DNA of 25,635 nt from Candidatus Altimarinota bacterium (GTDB lineage Bacteria > Patescibacteriota > Gracilibacteria > JBDHUY01), in the NCBI GenBank assembly GCA_039809385.1, contig JBDHUY010000020.1:1-25635 (forward strand). Reading direction: 5' to 3'. How positions within the stretch are numbered: the first letter of the stretch is position 1; each line of letters begins with the position of its first letter. The translations under genes and the position numbers were made by a program. The notes beneath the pieces were generated by a model, which made no database searches, was not told where the DNA came from, and was given only the letters and a program-made list of their open reading frames with translations. This document shows positions 9,312-18,850 of the stretch, piece after piece.

Positions 9312-10417
9312 AACCTGCTCGACGTGTGTGTGTCATTGCCGATTATATCGACGAACAGTACGCCGGGATCTATACGTATGCCCACGAATTGATCAAAGCA
9401 CTGCTCAAGATCGATAGCTCGTACGAATATACGTTCTTACATTGCCGCAAAAACAGCTTTTTCGATGGACAGCGCGAAATAATCGTCCAGCTCAAGCGCT
9501 TTGTCCCGGGCGTGCCCAGCTTTCGCAAATTCGTGACGATTCCGCATATCTTACGTCGTGAACGGTTTGACCTGGTCCACGATCTTTCTCATATCGCGCC
9601 TTTTGCCTTTGCGCGCTTTCCGGGAAAAAAGGTGATCACGATTCATGATCTGACCCCTGTCTTGTTTCCCAAATTACATGTCTGGAACAGCGGATTGGTG
9701 CACAAAATCATGCTGCCGCACGTGTTTCGCAAAGCCGATGCGATTATTGCCGTTTCTGAGAATACCAAAAACGACATTGTACATACCTATCACCCCCAAT
9801 CGCCGGTATTTGTGACACCCCTGGGCACACGTGATCTGGCTTCTTTCGCTTCCACTGATGTCGAAAACCCCATTAGGGGGGGCAACTATATCCTCTTCCT
9901 CAGTACTCTGGAGCCGCGTAAAAATGCTGTTACGCTGATTGAAGCGTATAACCTTATTCGCAAACAAGGACGATCTGAAAAGCTGGTTCTGATTGGCAAA
10001 ACCGGTTGGAAATCAGAGGCGATTTTTGAGCGTATCGATCAATCGCCGTTTCGGCAGGATATTATTCTCCCCGGGTATCTTTCCCCTTCGGAGATCGTTC
10101 CATATCTTCGCTATGCTAGCACGTTTGTCTACCCGTCGCTCTACGAAGGAGCCGGGTTGCCTATTTTGGAAGCGATGCATTTTGGCGTTCCCGTTATTGC
10201 GGCTAATAATTCGTCTATACCCGAGATTGTGGGTGACGCGGGACTCTATTTTGAAACTACAGATCCGGTTGATCTGGCCAGCAAATTAACACGACTGCTG
10301 GAAGATCAGGTATTGCAGAACTCTTTACGCTCTCAGAGCCTTAAACAGGCGCAAAAATTTACGTGGGAAAATACGGCACGGAAAACGATGGAAGTGTATG
10401 ATTTCTTGCTGCCGTAG
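9308..10417 (+). CDS. Glycosyltransferase family 4 (MtfB/WbaZ-like)
   Basis: ITIHDL, STLEPRKN, YPSLYEGAGLPILEAM, SSIPEIVG; ATGA-coupled to the upstream GT4. Confidence 0.93.
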   Translation: MKPARRVCVIADYIDEQYAGIYTYAHELIKALLKIDSSYEYTFLHCRKNSFFDGQREIIVQLKRFVPGVPSFRKFVTIPHILRRERFDLVHDLSHIAPFAFARFPGKKVITIHDLTPVLFPKLHVWNSGLVHKIMLPHVFRKADAIIAVSENTKNDIVHTYHPQSPVFVTPLGTRDLASFASTDVENPIRGGNYILFLSTLEPRKNAVTLIEAYNLIRKQGRSEKLVLIGKTGWKSEAIFERIDQSPFRQDIILPGYLSPSEIVPYLRYASTFVYPSLYEGAGLPILEAMHFGVPVIAANNSSIPEIVGDAGLYFETTDPVDLASKLTRLLEDQVLQNSLRSQSLKQAQKFTWENTARKTMEVYDFLLP

Positions 10418-10567
10418 AGCCGTGTGATCAGGCAACTTCTTATGAGTTCTGAGTTCATAAGCTCAAAATTTAAAGTTCAAATGTCAAAATAATATCAAAA
10501 ATCAAATGGTAACCATTAAGAGTGCATATCACCATGCCAATATCTTATACCATTTACCCCCTTCCTC

Positions 10568-10894
10568 ATGTCCCGTCTCAGAGCAGGTTATTCGAAACTG
10601 GCTAACGGATTATTTATATTTGCCGATTTTTTTAATACCGCCTTCTTTCTGGTCACGCTTCTGATTTGGTTGATCCATGTTTTCTCTACGAATTTTGCAG
10701 AATTTCAACTTTCAACCTTATGGACGGCATTTAACGGGTTGTATAGCCGCTTTGAGTTTAAGGTGTCGTGCATCTTTTTGATTCTTTATAACGGGGTGAT
10801 TTCCTTCAAAACCCTGTTTGATCAGATATTTCTGTTTTTCATTAGCATTCATCGGTATAAGAACGTGACGGAAACGCTGCGTAAGAAAAAATAA
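10568..10894 (+). CDS. Hypothetical small membrane protein
   Basis: ATG start, same strand as the operon, hydrophobic segments, basic tail; no family recognised. Confidence 0.45.
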   Translation: MSRLRAGYSKLANGLFIFADFFNTAFFLVTLLIWLIHVFSTNFAEFQLSTLWTAFNGLYSRFEFKVSCIFLILYNGVISFKTLFDQIFLFFISIHRYKNVTETLRKKK

Positions 10895-10923
10895 TGGCTG
10901 CTCAATGGTGTAACAAGGTATGC

Positions 10924-11040
10924 TCAAAGTTCAAATGTTAAAGATTAAGATAGGTTATCCGAGCGTATAAATTTTGAACTTTGATATTGGGGTTTCTTTT
11001 GTCATTTGGTCCGCGGCGGGGATTGAACTTTGGTCTTTTT
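10924..11040. repeat. Second TCAAA-rich inverted repeat element; a related left arm lies at about 10462-10508
   Basis: TCAAAGTTCAAA 10924-10935 / TTTGAACTTTGA 10973-10984; TTTTGTCATTTGGT also occurs in the 2465-2630 element. Confidence 0.7.
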
Positions 11041-11121
11041 CGTGATTCTATTTCAGTCTTTTGGTTTGATTGCATAGACAAAAGACCGTATAGTTTGAAA
11101 CGATCGCATTTTTTCCCGTCT

Positions 11122-11904
11122 ATGGCTCTTTATAAAACCGATTTCTCGCTTCGACAATCGTTGGAAATCATCCGCGTCCTGGCGGTTACCGATTTCAAAT
11201 TGCGCTACTACGGCTCGTATTTAGGCTATTTGTGGTCGCTGCTCAAGCCGCTGGCATTGTTTTCGGTGTTGTATATTGTCTTTTCGGTCTTTATGCGCTG
11301 GGACGTTGCCAACTACCAGCTGTATCTGTTGCTCGGGATTATTTTGTGGAATTTTTTTGCCGAGAGTACCAGTGTCGGCGTGACGGCTCTCGCGGCCCGG
11401 TCTCACTTAATCAAAAAGGTCTATTTCCCCCGGATCGTAGCCGTTATCGCTACTGCCGTGAGCGCTCTATTGGGATTACTCTTGAACTTGCTGGTGTTCT
11501 TCGTATTTGCGTTTCTGAGCGGTTTGCCTCTGAGCTCTACCGTTTTTCTAGCGCCTTTTTTCCTCGTATTGCTTTTTTTCCTCATACTTGGTATTTCACT
11601 CTTGTTATCCGGACTCTATATTCCTTTTCGCGATATCAATCAAATCTGGGAAGTACTGTTACAACTGCTTTTCTGGCTCACTCCCATTGTTTACCCGCTT
11701 TCGTTTGTACCTGAGCAATATCGTTTCTGGCTTTTTCTGAACCCTATGACCGGGATCATCCAGTATATCCGCATTCTAACGATTGACGGTACGTTCCCCA
11801 GTTTGATGGGAACTCTCTATGTTTTCTGTGCGGTAGTCTGTATTTTTCTGGCGGGCCTGTTCGTATTTTCCCGTTTTGAATCCGTTGCTCCCGAACAACT
11901 ATGA
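11122..11904 (+). CDS. wzm: ABC-2 polysaccharide export permease (Wzm/RfbA/TagG)
   Basis: DFKLRYYGSYLGYLWSLLKPL, LIKKVYFPR, FRDINQIW, FWLTPIVYP, LNPM; ATG at 11122. Confidence 0.93.
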   Translation: MALYKTDFSLRQSLEIIRVLAVTDFKLRYYGSYLGYLWSLLKPLALFSVLYIVFSVFMRWDVANYQLYLLLGIILWNFFAESTSVGVTALAARSHLIKKVYFPRIVAVIATAVSALLGLLLNLLVFFVFAFLSGLPLSSTVFLAPFFLVLLFFLILGISLLLSGLYIPFRDINQIWEVLLQLLFWLTPIVYPLSFVPEQYRFWLFLNPMTGIIQYIRILTIDGTFPSLMGTLYVFCAVVCIFLAGLFVFSRFESVAPEQL

Positions 11905-12650
11905 AACCTCTGATTGATGTCCAACATCTTAACAAGACCTTTCACCTGCCGCAACGGTCTCTCGATACGGTCAAAGACCGCCTTTTTCAGCTCTTTACAC
12001 CCAATCCCAAACGAGTCCTGCCGGTTTTGCGAGATGTGACCTTTTCGGTTTCGGGGGGCGAATTTATCGGGATCGTCGGACGTAACGGCAGCGGTAAGTC
12101 GACCCTGCTCAAGATTTTGGCCGGGATCTATCGTCCCGATCCCGGCGCGCGTATAGAGCTGGAGGGACGTATTTCGCCTTTTCTGGAATTGGGAGTCGGG
12201 TTTCATCCGGAGCTGACGGCGCGCGAAAATGTGCATGTAAACGCGATTCTGCTTGGCCTTACCCCTTCTCAGGTGGCGAACCGGTTTGAGGAGATTATCC
12301 GGTTTGCCGAGCTCGAGGATTTCGTCGAACAGAAATTGAAATTTTTTTCAAGCGGTATGCAAGTGCGTCTGGCATTTGCGGTGGCGATTCAGGTCGATGC
12401 CGCTATTTTCCTGATGGACGAAGTTCTGGCAGTGGGCGATATGGCTTTTCAGGAAAAATGCCTGGACGTGTTTCGCGCTTTTAAAAAGCGTGGTAGTACG
12501 GTAATTCTGGTAACGCACAGTATGTCGCACGTCGAAAACTTTTGCGATCGGTTGCTGGTAATGGAACAAGGCCGGCTTGTTTTTGACGGCGATGTCACCG
12601 CCGGTATCCGCGAATATATACGTCTTAATCATGCTGTCGAACATGGATAA
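11901..12650 (+). CDS. wzt: Polysaccharide ABC transporter ATPase (Wzt/TagH), without a C-terminal carbohydrate-binding domain
   Basis: Walker A GRNGSGKST, FSSGMQVRLAFA, MDEVLAVGD. Confidence 0.95.
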   Translation: MKPLIDVQHLNKTFHLPQRSLDTVKDRLFQLFTPNPKRVLPVLRDVTFSVSGGEFIGIVGRNGSGKSTLLKILAGIYRPDPGARIELEGRISPFLELGVGFHPELTARENVHVNAILLGLTPSQVANRFEEIIRFAELEDFVEQKLKFFSSGMQVRLAFAVAIQVDAAIFLMDEVLAVGDMAFQEKCLDVFRAFKKRGSTVILVTHSMSHVENFCDRLLVMEQGRLVFDGDVTAGIREYIRLNHAVEHG

Positions 12651-14796
12651 AATGCCTAAATGTCTAATTTCGGTAATTATTCCGGTGTACAATACCGGTA
12701 ATTTCCTTTTGGAAACGCTTGATTCGGTTGCGGAGCAGACTTTTCCTCAGGATCTGATGGAAGTTCTTGTGGTAAACGATGCTTCCACTGATCCTGTTAC
12801 TATCAAGATCCTGCGCGATATTGAAAAGAAACCGCAGTATCGCGGTATTGATTGCCGAGTTTTGCATCACCAGACGAACCAGTGGCTGGCTCAAACGCGC
12901 AATACGGGCGTCCGCGCAGCCCGGGGCGTTTATATTTGCACGCTTGACAGCGACGACCTGATCAAGCCCGATTTCTTGCAAAAATCTCTACTGACGCTGC
13001 TGGCTCACCCGCATGCCGGCTGGGTCTATCCGGGGGTGCAGAAATTCGGTTATGTGTACAGTCTGGACTATCCTGTCGATTTTAGCGCTCCCAAATTTTT
13101 CTGGAACAATTACTGTGTCTCTGCCTCGTTGCTAAGACGCGACATGTGGGAGCGGGTCGGCGGACAGCGTAAAAAGACCGTGGTCGGGAAGATCAAATGG
13201 TTTGAGGACTGGGATTTCTGGATCCGTGCGATGGGCAAAGGATTTTACGGTGTTCCGCTGCGCGAGATCCAATTTCTCTACCGCCAGCATCTGACTAGCT
13301 TAATTCAGCGTTCTCCGGCCATTCAGCTGCTCACCTATTACCTGATCTACCGCAGCAATTTTTTGCAATTATTTCGTATTCAAAAGGCGCAGCGCAATAT
13401 GCTTGAGGATAACCGGCAGGGTACGCTAAAAAAACGTTCTCCCTGGCGCTTGTCCACGTATATGGATCGTTTGTCGGGAATATTGCTCAAGTTCGCGGCC
13501 CATCGGAGCGAAAGATACTATTCGTTTCGGATGCTGTTGATGAGCTTACTCTTTCCTAAAAAGTTCATTACCGAAGTCTTGTCCAAGAAAGAAGTCCTGA
13601 CAAAAGCCGAGTTTTTATGCGGATTTCGCGAAAAGTTACCAGTAACGCTCACTCCTCTTCCGGCGGCGCGCGAAAAAGGAAAATTCCGTACCGTTCTGTT
13701 TGGTCACTACTGGTGGCACTTAGGCGGCGGTGACAATATTTTACTGGATTGGATGAGGTCTACGTATGAATTAAAAAATACCAGGTGTATCGATCTGGTC
13801 AAAGAATCGGCAATCGACAACGGTTTTCTCGAAGACCGCTTCGAACCCTTCGCTGCCAGTCAGTACGCGCTCGACCGTATGGCGAATAACCCCCTGGCTG
13901 CTTTGCTTATCTGCTGGAATCTGATCTGTCTGGAACGGCCGGAAGTGATTTTCATCATGAGCAATCCGTTCCTCTATGTCCTCTCGCCTTGGATTAAACG
14001 CTATTTTCCCGAGACGAAAATCGTCGATCTGTTGCACTGCGAAGATAACAACGATCCGGGCTGGTTTGCCATATCGGACGAATACCGCGAATTCCTGGAC
14101 AAACGGGTCGTGACCAGCGATTTCTGGAAGACCGTGCTGGTTGAAAAATACGGCGAAGATCCGGGGCGTATCGACGTAGCGTACAACGGGGTCGATCTTA
14201 CCCGTTTCGACCCGAAAAAACACCCCAAGCTTTCTTTACGCAAAGACTTCAAACTCCCGGCCGATAAAATCATTGTCGGATTCCTGGGACGTTTCGACTA
14301 CCAAAAAAATCCGTTTACCTTTCTCGAAACTGCCGATCTGATGCTGGAGGACCGGGCTTTTCATTTTGTCATGATTGGCAAAGGTACCTACGATGAGCAG
14401 ATAAAGGAACGGCTTAAACGATTGTCTAACGTTACCTATCTTGGTTTTACCAAAAATCCCGAACGCTACTATCCTTTGTTTGACGTGGCGGTTTATCCTT
14501 CGGTCTACGAAGGGTTTCCGATGGTAGGCCTCGAATCGGCTGCCATGAACGTACCGGTGATCGCGACGGATATCGTCGGTTTTCGCGAACAGATCGGACA
14601 GGGAAAATTCGGCTTTCTCTACACCCAGGAAGATCCGAAAAAAGATGCCAAAAAGATTCGTGATCTCCTCTACGAACATAGGAGCGAATGGTCCGATATC
14701 GGAAACCGGGGACGCCCCTTTATCAAACAACATCACGACTTTGCCGAGGTGAAAAAGGTGTATCAGCGGATTATGACCGATTTGCTGGATGGATGA
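12643..14796 (+). CDS. Bifunctional glycosyltransferase (N-terminal GT2, C-terminal GT4)
   Basis: SVIIPVYN, VNDASTD, LDSDD, FEDWDFW; then GGGDN, GRFDYQKNP, PSVYEGFPMVGLES; ATG at 12643. Confidence 0.9.
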   Translation: MDKMPKCLISVIIPVYNTGNFLLETLDSVAEQTFPQDLMEVLVVNDASTDPVTIKILRDIEKKPQYRGIDCRVLHHQTNQWLAQTRNTGVRAARGVYICTLDSDDLIKPDFLQKSLLTLLAHPHAGWVYPGVQKFGYVYSLDYPVDFSAPKFFWNNYCVSASLLRRDMWERVGGQRKKTVVGKIKWFEDWDFWIRAMGKGFYGVPLREIQFLYRQHLTSLIQRSPAIQLLTYYLIYRSNFLQLFRIQKAQRNMLEDNRQGTLKKRSPWRLSTYMDRLSGILLKFAAHRSERYYSFRMLLMSLLFPKKFITEVLSKKEVLTKAEFLCGFREKLPVTLTPLPAAREKGKFRTVLFGHYWWHLGGGDNILLDWMRSTYELKNTRCIDLVKESAIDNGFLEDRFEPFAASQYALDRMANNPLAALLICWNLICLERPEVIFIMSNPFLYVLSPWIKRYFPETKIVDLLHCEDNNDPGWFAISDEYREFLDKRVVTSDFWKTVLVEKYGEDPGRIDVAYNGVDLTRFDPKKHPKLSLRKDFKLPADKIIVGFLGRFDYQKNPFTFLETADLMLEDRAFHFVMIGKGTYDEQIKERLKRLSNVTYLGFTKNPERYYPLFDVAVYPSVYEGFPMVGLESAAMNVPVIATDIVGFREQIGQGKFGFLYTQEDPKKDAKKIRDLLYEHRSEWSDIGNRGRPFIKQHHDFAEVKKVYQRIMTDLLDG

Positions 14797-15010
14797 TGTG
14801 GATATCAACCCCTTATTTTGTTTCCAGAGATTCGCTCGTTACTCTGGCTTATTTATCCCGCCAAAACAGCTGTCCAAAGGAATAAGTATCAGGTAGTTTG
14901 GGAATCAGTAGTAGCTTCACTGAGCGCAATAAAAACGCTAAAAGTGTCAACGGTTCCTGGGCCACCGCCCTTGGCGGGACAAGCAAGCCGGGATGACCTT
15001 TCTTGGTTAT

Positions 15011-15616
15011 CTAGTCTATTCGCTTTTCGTCTTGCTGTTGCCGATCAACCCACCATGTATCGTTTTTGTCGGTAAACCACCAGGCGTTCGAATCGGTTTT
15101 CATAATCTGGTCGGCCAGTTGCTGGGCAGGTTCGGTTTTGAGACGCTTGATCGCGGACTCGATCCAGTCCAGCGCGCGCTTATTCCCGATATCGACTTGT
15201 TCTTTGAGCGAAATGATCCATTCCAGATTGTCGGCGTCCTTGGCCAGAATCGCTTCGCGGCTCTTTCGTTCGTGGTATTCGTCCCACAGTGCTTGCAGAT
15301 CGGGGCCGAAGGGGAGCGTGGCGGCCAGTTCGCCGATGGCCTTGTCTTCGTAGCGGGCGGTATATTTCTGATGCACATAGTTCAAATCCGAAACCCGGCT
15401 TTCGGCAAAATCGTGCAAGAGACACATCTGGACTACTTTGCCGGTGTCGATGTCTTGTTCCATCTTGGACAAGGTGAGCCCGATAATGGCGGTACGGAAC
15501 AAATGTTCCGAGACGCTCTGTTCGCCGCTGCCCAAAAAATGAAATCCGCTGCGGGGCGTTTTTGATAAGATGCCTGCTTCAAACAGGAAATTGACGATTG
15601 ATGACAGATGATTCAT
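15011..15616 (-). CDS. HD-domain phosphohydrolase (YfbR/HDDC2-like 5'-deoxynucleotidase)
   Basis: PRSG, SVSEHLFR, LLHDFAESRVSD, KDADNLE. Confidence 0.9.
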   Translation of the reverse strand: MNHLSSIVNFLFEAGILSKTPRSGFHFLGSGEQSVSEHLFRTAIIGLTLSKMEQDIDTGKVVQMCLLHDFAESRVSDLNYVHQKYTARYEDKAIGELAATLPFGPDLQALWDEYHERKSREAILAKDADNLEWIISLKEQVDIGNKRALDWIESAIKRLKTEPAQQLADQIMKTDSNAWWFTDKNDTWWVDRQQQDEKRID

Positions 15617-15631
15617 ATATGGGTACTGGAG

Positions 15632-17035
15632 TTATCGAGGTTGAGAATTAAGCGGTCGGGCATTCAGCTTTCCACTGGATGCGGCTTCTGCCAGTTGTAT
15701 GCCGAGATTATATAGGATTTGTCCGGCCTCTCTCCTCTGTTCCGGACCATAGGCTGGGTCACAGATCAGCGCGTCGAAGGAACTGGTCTCTGCGGTTCCC
15801 CTCTTCTCCATAGTTTCTATGAGAGATGCTTTCCGCGCTGAATCTTGAGCTGTTTTTAGTGTCGCAATGGGGAGTATAAGATTGACAAGCTTATACGCAT
15901 TATCACTAGGGATAAGGTAGTTCATGTGTCCAGCCGGGACTTCCATCTTTGACTTTGACAGCTCTGCTCCGACTGCAATTAGTTCGTGAATCGTATACTG
16001 GTTATACCAGCCTGAAAAATCAAATGTACGTCCCCCTGCCTGCATCGTTAAAGGAATGTAAAATTCTCGTACTTCCAGACTGTCTTTCGTAGTGATCTGG
16101 GAATACTTCTCTATGATTGCTTGGTGTACCGCTTCATGGTGTTCGGACTCTTCTACGTATTCTTGCTGCAAACTTTTTATATCAGTTGTTTTGAGAGGAT
16201 GATCTTTCGGAAGCCGGCTTAGAAATTCTTCCACCGAAATATTGTCCGGGAATATCACCGAATGATTACCTGAATTAACCGTAATTCCGGGATATCTTCC
16301 TTTTTCATTTGTGGTATTTGCAAGAAACGGATAAGAGACCTTTATCATAGGAAATCCTTTTGAATTTCCTTGCAATGTAACCTTGTCGACTCCTGTGATA
16401 TGAAACAAATTCAGGGTTATTTTGCTATTTATGTCTACCTCTAGATGTATATATCTTTTCCCGGGAATTAAATATCGATTGAAAACATCTATCATAAGAT
16501 CTAGCCGATCGTTTGTCCCAGCGGTCATTGCCGCAAAGTCTTTCTTTATTTCCGGGTTTGGGTAAAGATTTAGATAGGTAATGATCATCCCAGAGAACAT
16601 TTTAGGGTCATGCTGATACTCCATGAGTACTTTTTCGGTTAATTCTGCCAGTTGCCGACTAAAGGTTTGAAACTCTGCTGGGGAAATTTTTATTCCGCCG
16701 GGAATACCGTTAAATTTTACATCATGAACAATGGTATAGTCTGGTATCGTTTGGTACTCGGCCTCAGGAGTTACAACTACTCCGATTTTTGGGGAAGTTG
16801 AATCTTCGGGTGTAGCAGTATCCGGTTTTGTCGCAACGCTTTTCTTTGTATCATTCGGAAGATCCCCTTGCCATCTGTCTTTCAGGATCACTCCTATGCC
16901 AATAATTGCGGCTAGCACGGTGGCAGTGATCGCAGTTTTAGAAGACATAATCTTTTTCAAGAGGTCCGGTGTATCTTTATCTGAGTTCGGGGAAGTTTTC
17001 AGACCTTCTTTTCTGTGTTTTTTAGGTTTATTCAT
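15632..17035 (-). CDS. Hypothetical membrane-anchored protein
   Basis: 467-aa ORF, basic N-terminus and one TM helix (TAITATVLAAIIGIGVIL); contains HEAVH, a possible zincin HExxH. Confidence 0.75.
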   Translation of the reverse strand: MNKPKKHRKEGLKTSPNSDKDTPDLLKKIMSSKTAITATVLAAIIGIGVILKDRWQGDLPNDTKKSVATKPDTATPEDSTSPKIGVVVTPEAEYQTIPDYTIVHDVKFNGIPGGIKISPAEFQTFSRQLAELTEKVLMEYQHDPKMFSGMIITYLNLYPNPEIKKDFAAMTAGTNDRLDLMIDVFNRYLIPGKRYIHLEVDINSKITLNLFHITGVDKVTLQGNSKGFPMIKVSYPFLANTTNEKGRYPGITVNSGNHSVIFPDNISVEEFLSRLPKDHPLKTTDIKSLQQEYVEESEHHEAVHQAIIEKYSQITTKDSLEVREFYIPLTMQAGGRTFDFSGWYNQYTIHELIAVGAELSKSKMEVPAGHMNYLIPSDNAYKLVNLILPIATLKTAQDSARKASLIETMEKRGTAETSSFDALICDPAYGPEQRREAGQILYNLGIQLAEAASSGKLNARPLNSQPR

Positions 17036-17083
17036 AGTATGAAGAATAATGGTTAGCGTGTATGTTTTTTCGTCGATTCCTGG

Positions 17084-17977
17084 CTAGAGGAGTCCTCCGG
17101 ATAATAACCGGAATTCTTTCTTATTCTCCCATAAATCCAGCAATTTTTCAAAATTCCGGTCGGGATCCTGCATGAGCACGGCTAACGCATCGAGTTCAGA
17201 GAGTTCACTTTCGCTTAGTTTTGGAAATGTATCGTGTCGTCCGTAGCGAGTGGTGTATATGTACGGAATCTCGTGATTCATCAGACAGTGGAAATCATAG
17301 AAAAGCGCCCAGACAACGGTGATGCTCCCTCTGGCCGGAACTGGGTTATAGAAACGGTCCGGGTTTACTTTTTCGCTTCTGATATCGAGCCACGCCTTTG
17401 CTGGGAAGTCGAATGTGCCCGGTTCCATATCGTAGGGATCCAGTTCTTTATTCAGGCTCAGACTTCCGTCGACGTCTATCGTGATCCAGCGCGCTTGCTT
17501 CTCATCCCAATACTGGTTGATCCAGTGATCGGTCGTAATCGAGCCTAAGTTCCCCATGTCAAAATAGTCGGCATGTCCGGCTCTGAGGCGGGCCGGAATG
17601 CCCTTGCATTTCAAAATGCTGGCCATTAGCAGGCTTACGAACCGGCAAGTCAGTACCAGTTTATCCTCGGCTGGGCGATCAGGAATCAGTCCCCGATTAT
17701 TCCTCCTGTGCAGCTCGGCCAGCATCGCGGCGACAGTTCCCAACACATCGTCTTCGGGCTGTCGCCACCACGGGACTCTGGTCATGTCTCCGAAGCGCAG
17801 ATCCGCATTTGTTCCGGTATTGCCGGCTGCCAGCGTCGTGCGGTGAATGATGTTTTTTCGAATCAGAAGACCGAGCTCGCGAATGTCATCGGGTAGCTTT
17901 TCAAGTTCCGCTTGATATAATCCGGGATTGGTGAAAAGGCTAAATTGTCGATAATGATCGAGAATGCGCGTATCCAT
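17084..17977 (-). CDS. Transglutaminase-like superfamily protein
   Basis: LTCRFVSLLMASILKCKGIPARLRAG (Cys), DHW (His), WITIDVD (Asp) triad. Confidence 0.85.
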   Translation of the reverse strand: MDTRILDHYRQFSLFTNPGLYQAELEKLPDDIRELGLLIRKNIIHRTTLAAGNTGTNADLRFGDMTRVPWWRQPEDDVLGTVAAMLAELHRRNNRGLIPDRPAEDKLVLTCRFVSLLMASILKCKGIPARLRAGHADYFDMGNLGSITTDHWINQYWDEKQARWITIDVDGSLSLNKELDPYDMEPGTFDFPAKAWLDIRSEKVNPDRFYNPVPARGSITVVWALFYDFHCLMNHEIPYIYTTRYGRHDTFPKLSESELSELDALAVLMQDPDRNFEKLLDLWENKKEFRLLSGGLL

Positions 17978-18025
17978 ATTTCTTTATGAAAAGTTCGTAA
18001 TACTTCCAGTTGTTCTGTATCTTCC

Positions 18026-18850
18026 TTATTTTGAAGATCTTGATGCCAGGAGCGGCTCGTACATCATAATCGCATCGTTGCGTGTGACAAGCTCTTCGCT
18101 GACTTTTTTCCTCTCCTCTCTGTTGTAACCGATTTTGTAGAGTTCGTTATGCCGGGTATATCCGCCCCAGCTCTCGTGTTCGATCCGGTGTTGTTTTTCT
18201 ACAACCTCATAGAGGACTTCTGCCTGTGTGTCCGCTCGCCATGCTCCGACCAGGTATTCTTTGGTGAAAGAAATTTCTAGCTGGAACGTGGCCGCGGTGT
18301 CGTTTCTTATCTGAAGATCGATATTCGGATAGGAGCAGGTGGCGCCGGAACCAAAGGGTTGCATTCTGGCACTGTCCGGAAAAACGTCGTAGCTGTGTCT
18401 CCAGCGTTCGAGTACGGTGAGTGGCGTGTGTAAGGTTATCCAATAGATCAGGTTGGATAACTGGCACAGTCCTCCCCCGGTTCCGGCCCGGACTTGTCCT
18501 TGGTAGAGAATCATGCCGTCCACATATCCTCTGGCTTTGGTCGGTTTGCCGATGATGCGCCAGTATGAAAAAACTTCTCCTGGGTGTATCAGCAGACCGC
18601 TCATCTTTGCTGCCGCCAGTCGCAGGTTACGGATTTTATTGTGTTGCATCCACATTTCCACGTTTTTCAACCGGCGTAGCAGCAAACTTTGATGCCGGTA
18701 GATTTCATAGGGAAGCAGTTCTTTTGTGCTTTGGATTGCAAATTTTTCTCTCGAAAAATGCCAGTACAGCTGTTTCTTTATCCAAAAATAAATACCTCCC
18801 CAGAATATCCGTATACCTGAACGCGCAATAGGTTTTTGCATACTATACAT
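18026..18850 (-). CDS. VanW-family protein
   Basis: NLRLAA, PGEVFSYW, GGGLCQLSNLIYW, ERWRHS, DLQIRN. Confidence 0.9.
   Translation of the reverse strand: MYSMQKPIARSGIRIFWGGIYFWIKKQLYWHFSREKFAIQSTKELLPYEIYRHQSLLLRRLKNVEMWMQHNKIRNLRLAAAKMSGLLIHPGEVFSYWRIIGKPTKARGYVDGMILYQGQVRAGTGGGLCQLSNLIYWITLHTPLTVLERWRHSYDVFPDSARMQPFGSGATCSYPNIDLQIRNDTAATFQLEISFTKEYLVGAWRADTQAEVLYEVVEKQHRIEHESWGGYTRHNELYKIGYNREERKKVSEELVTRNDAIMMYEPLLASRSSK

Noticed and set aside
10718-10927. Minus-strand 69-aa ORF as a transposase or four-helix-bundle fragment
   Set aside because: No convincing motif, and it lies opposite a more plausible plus-strand membrane ORF.
14818-15565. Plus-strand ORFs 14818-15075 and 14993-15565
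   Set aside because: Shadow ORFs overlapping the HD-domain gene or the intergenic palindrome; no motifs.
18026-18850. VanW as evidence of vancomycin resistance
   Set aside because: No vanHAX or vanRS genes nearby; VanW-family proteins are widespread outside resistance clusters.
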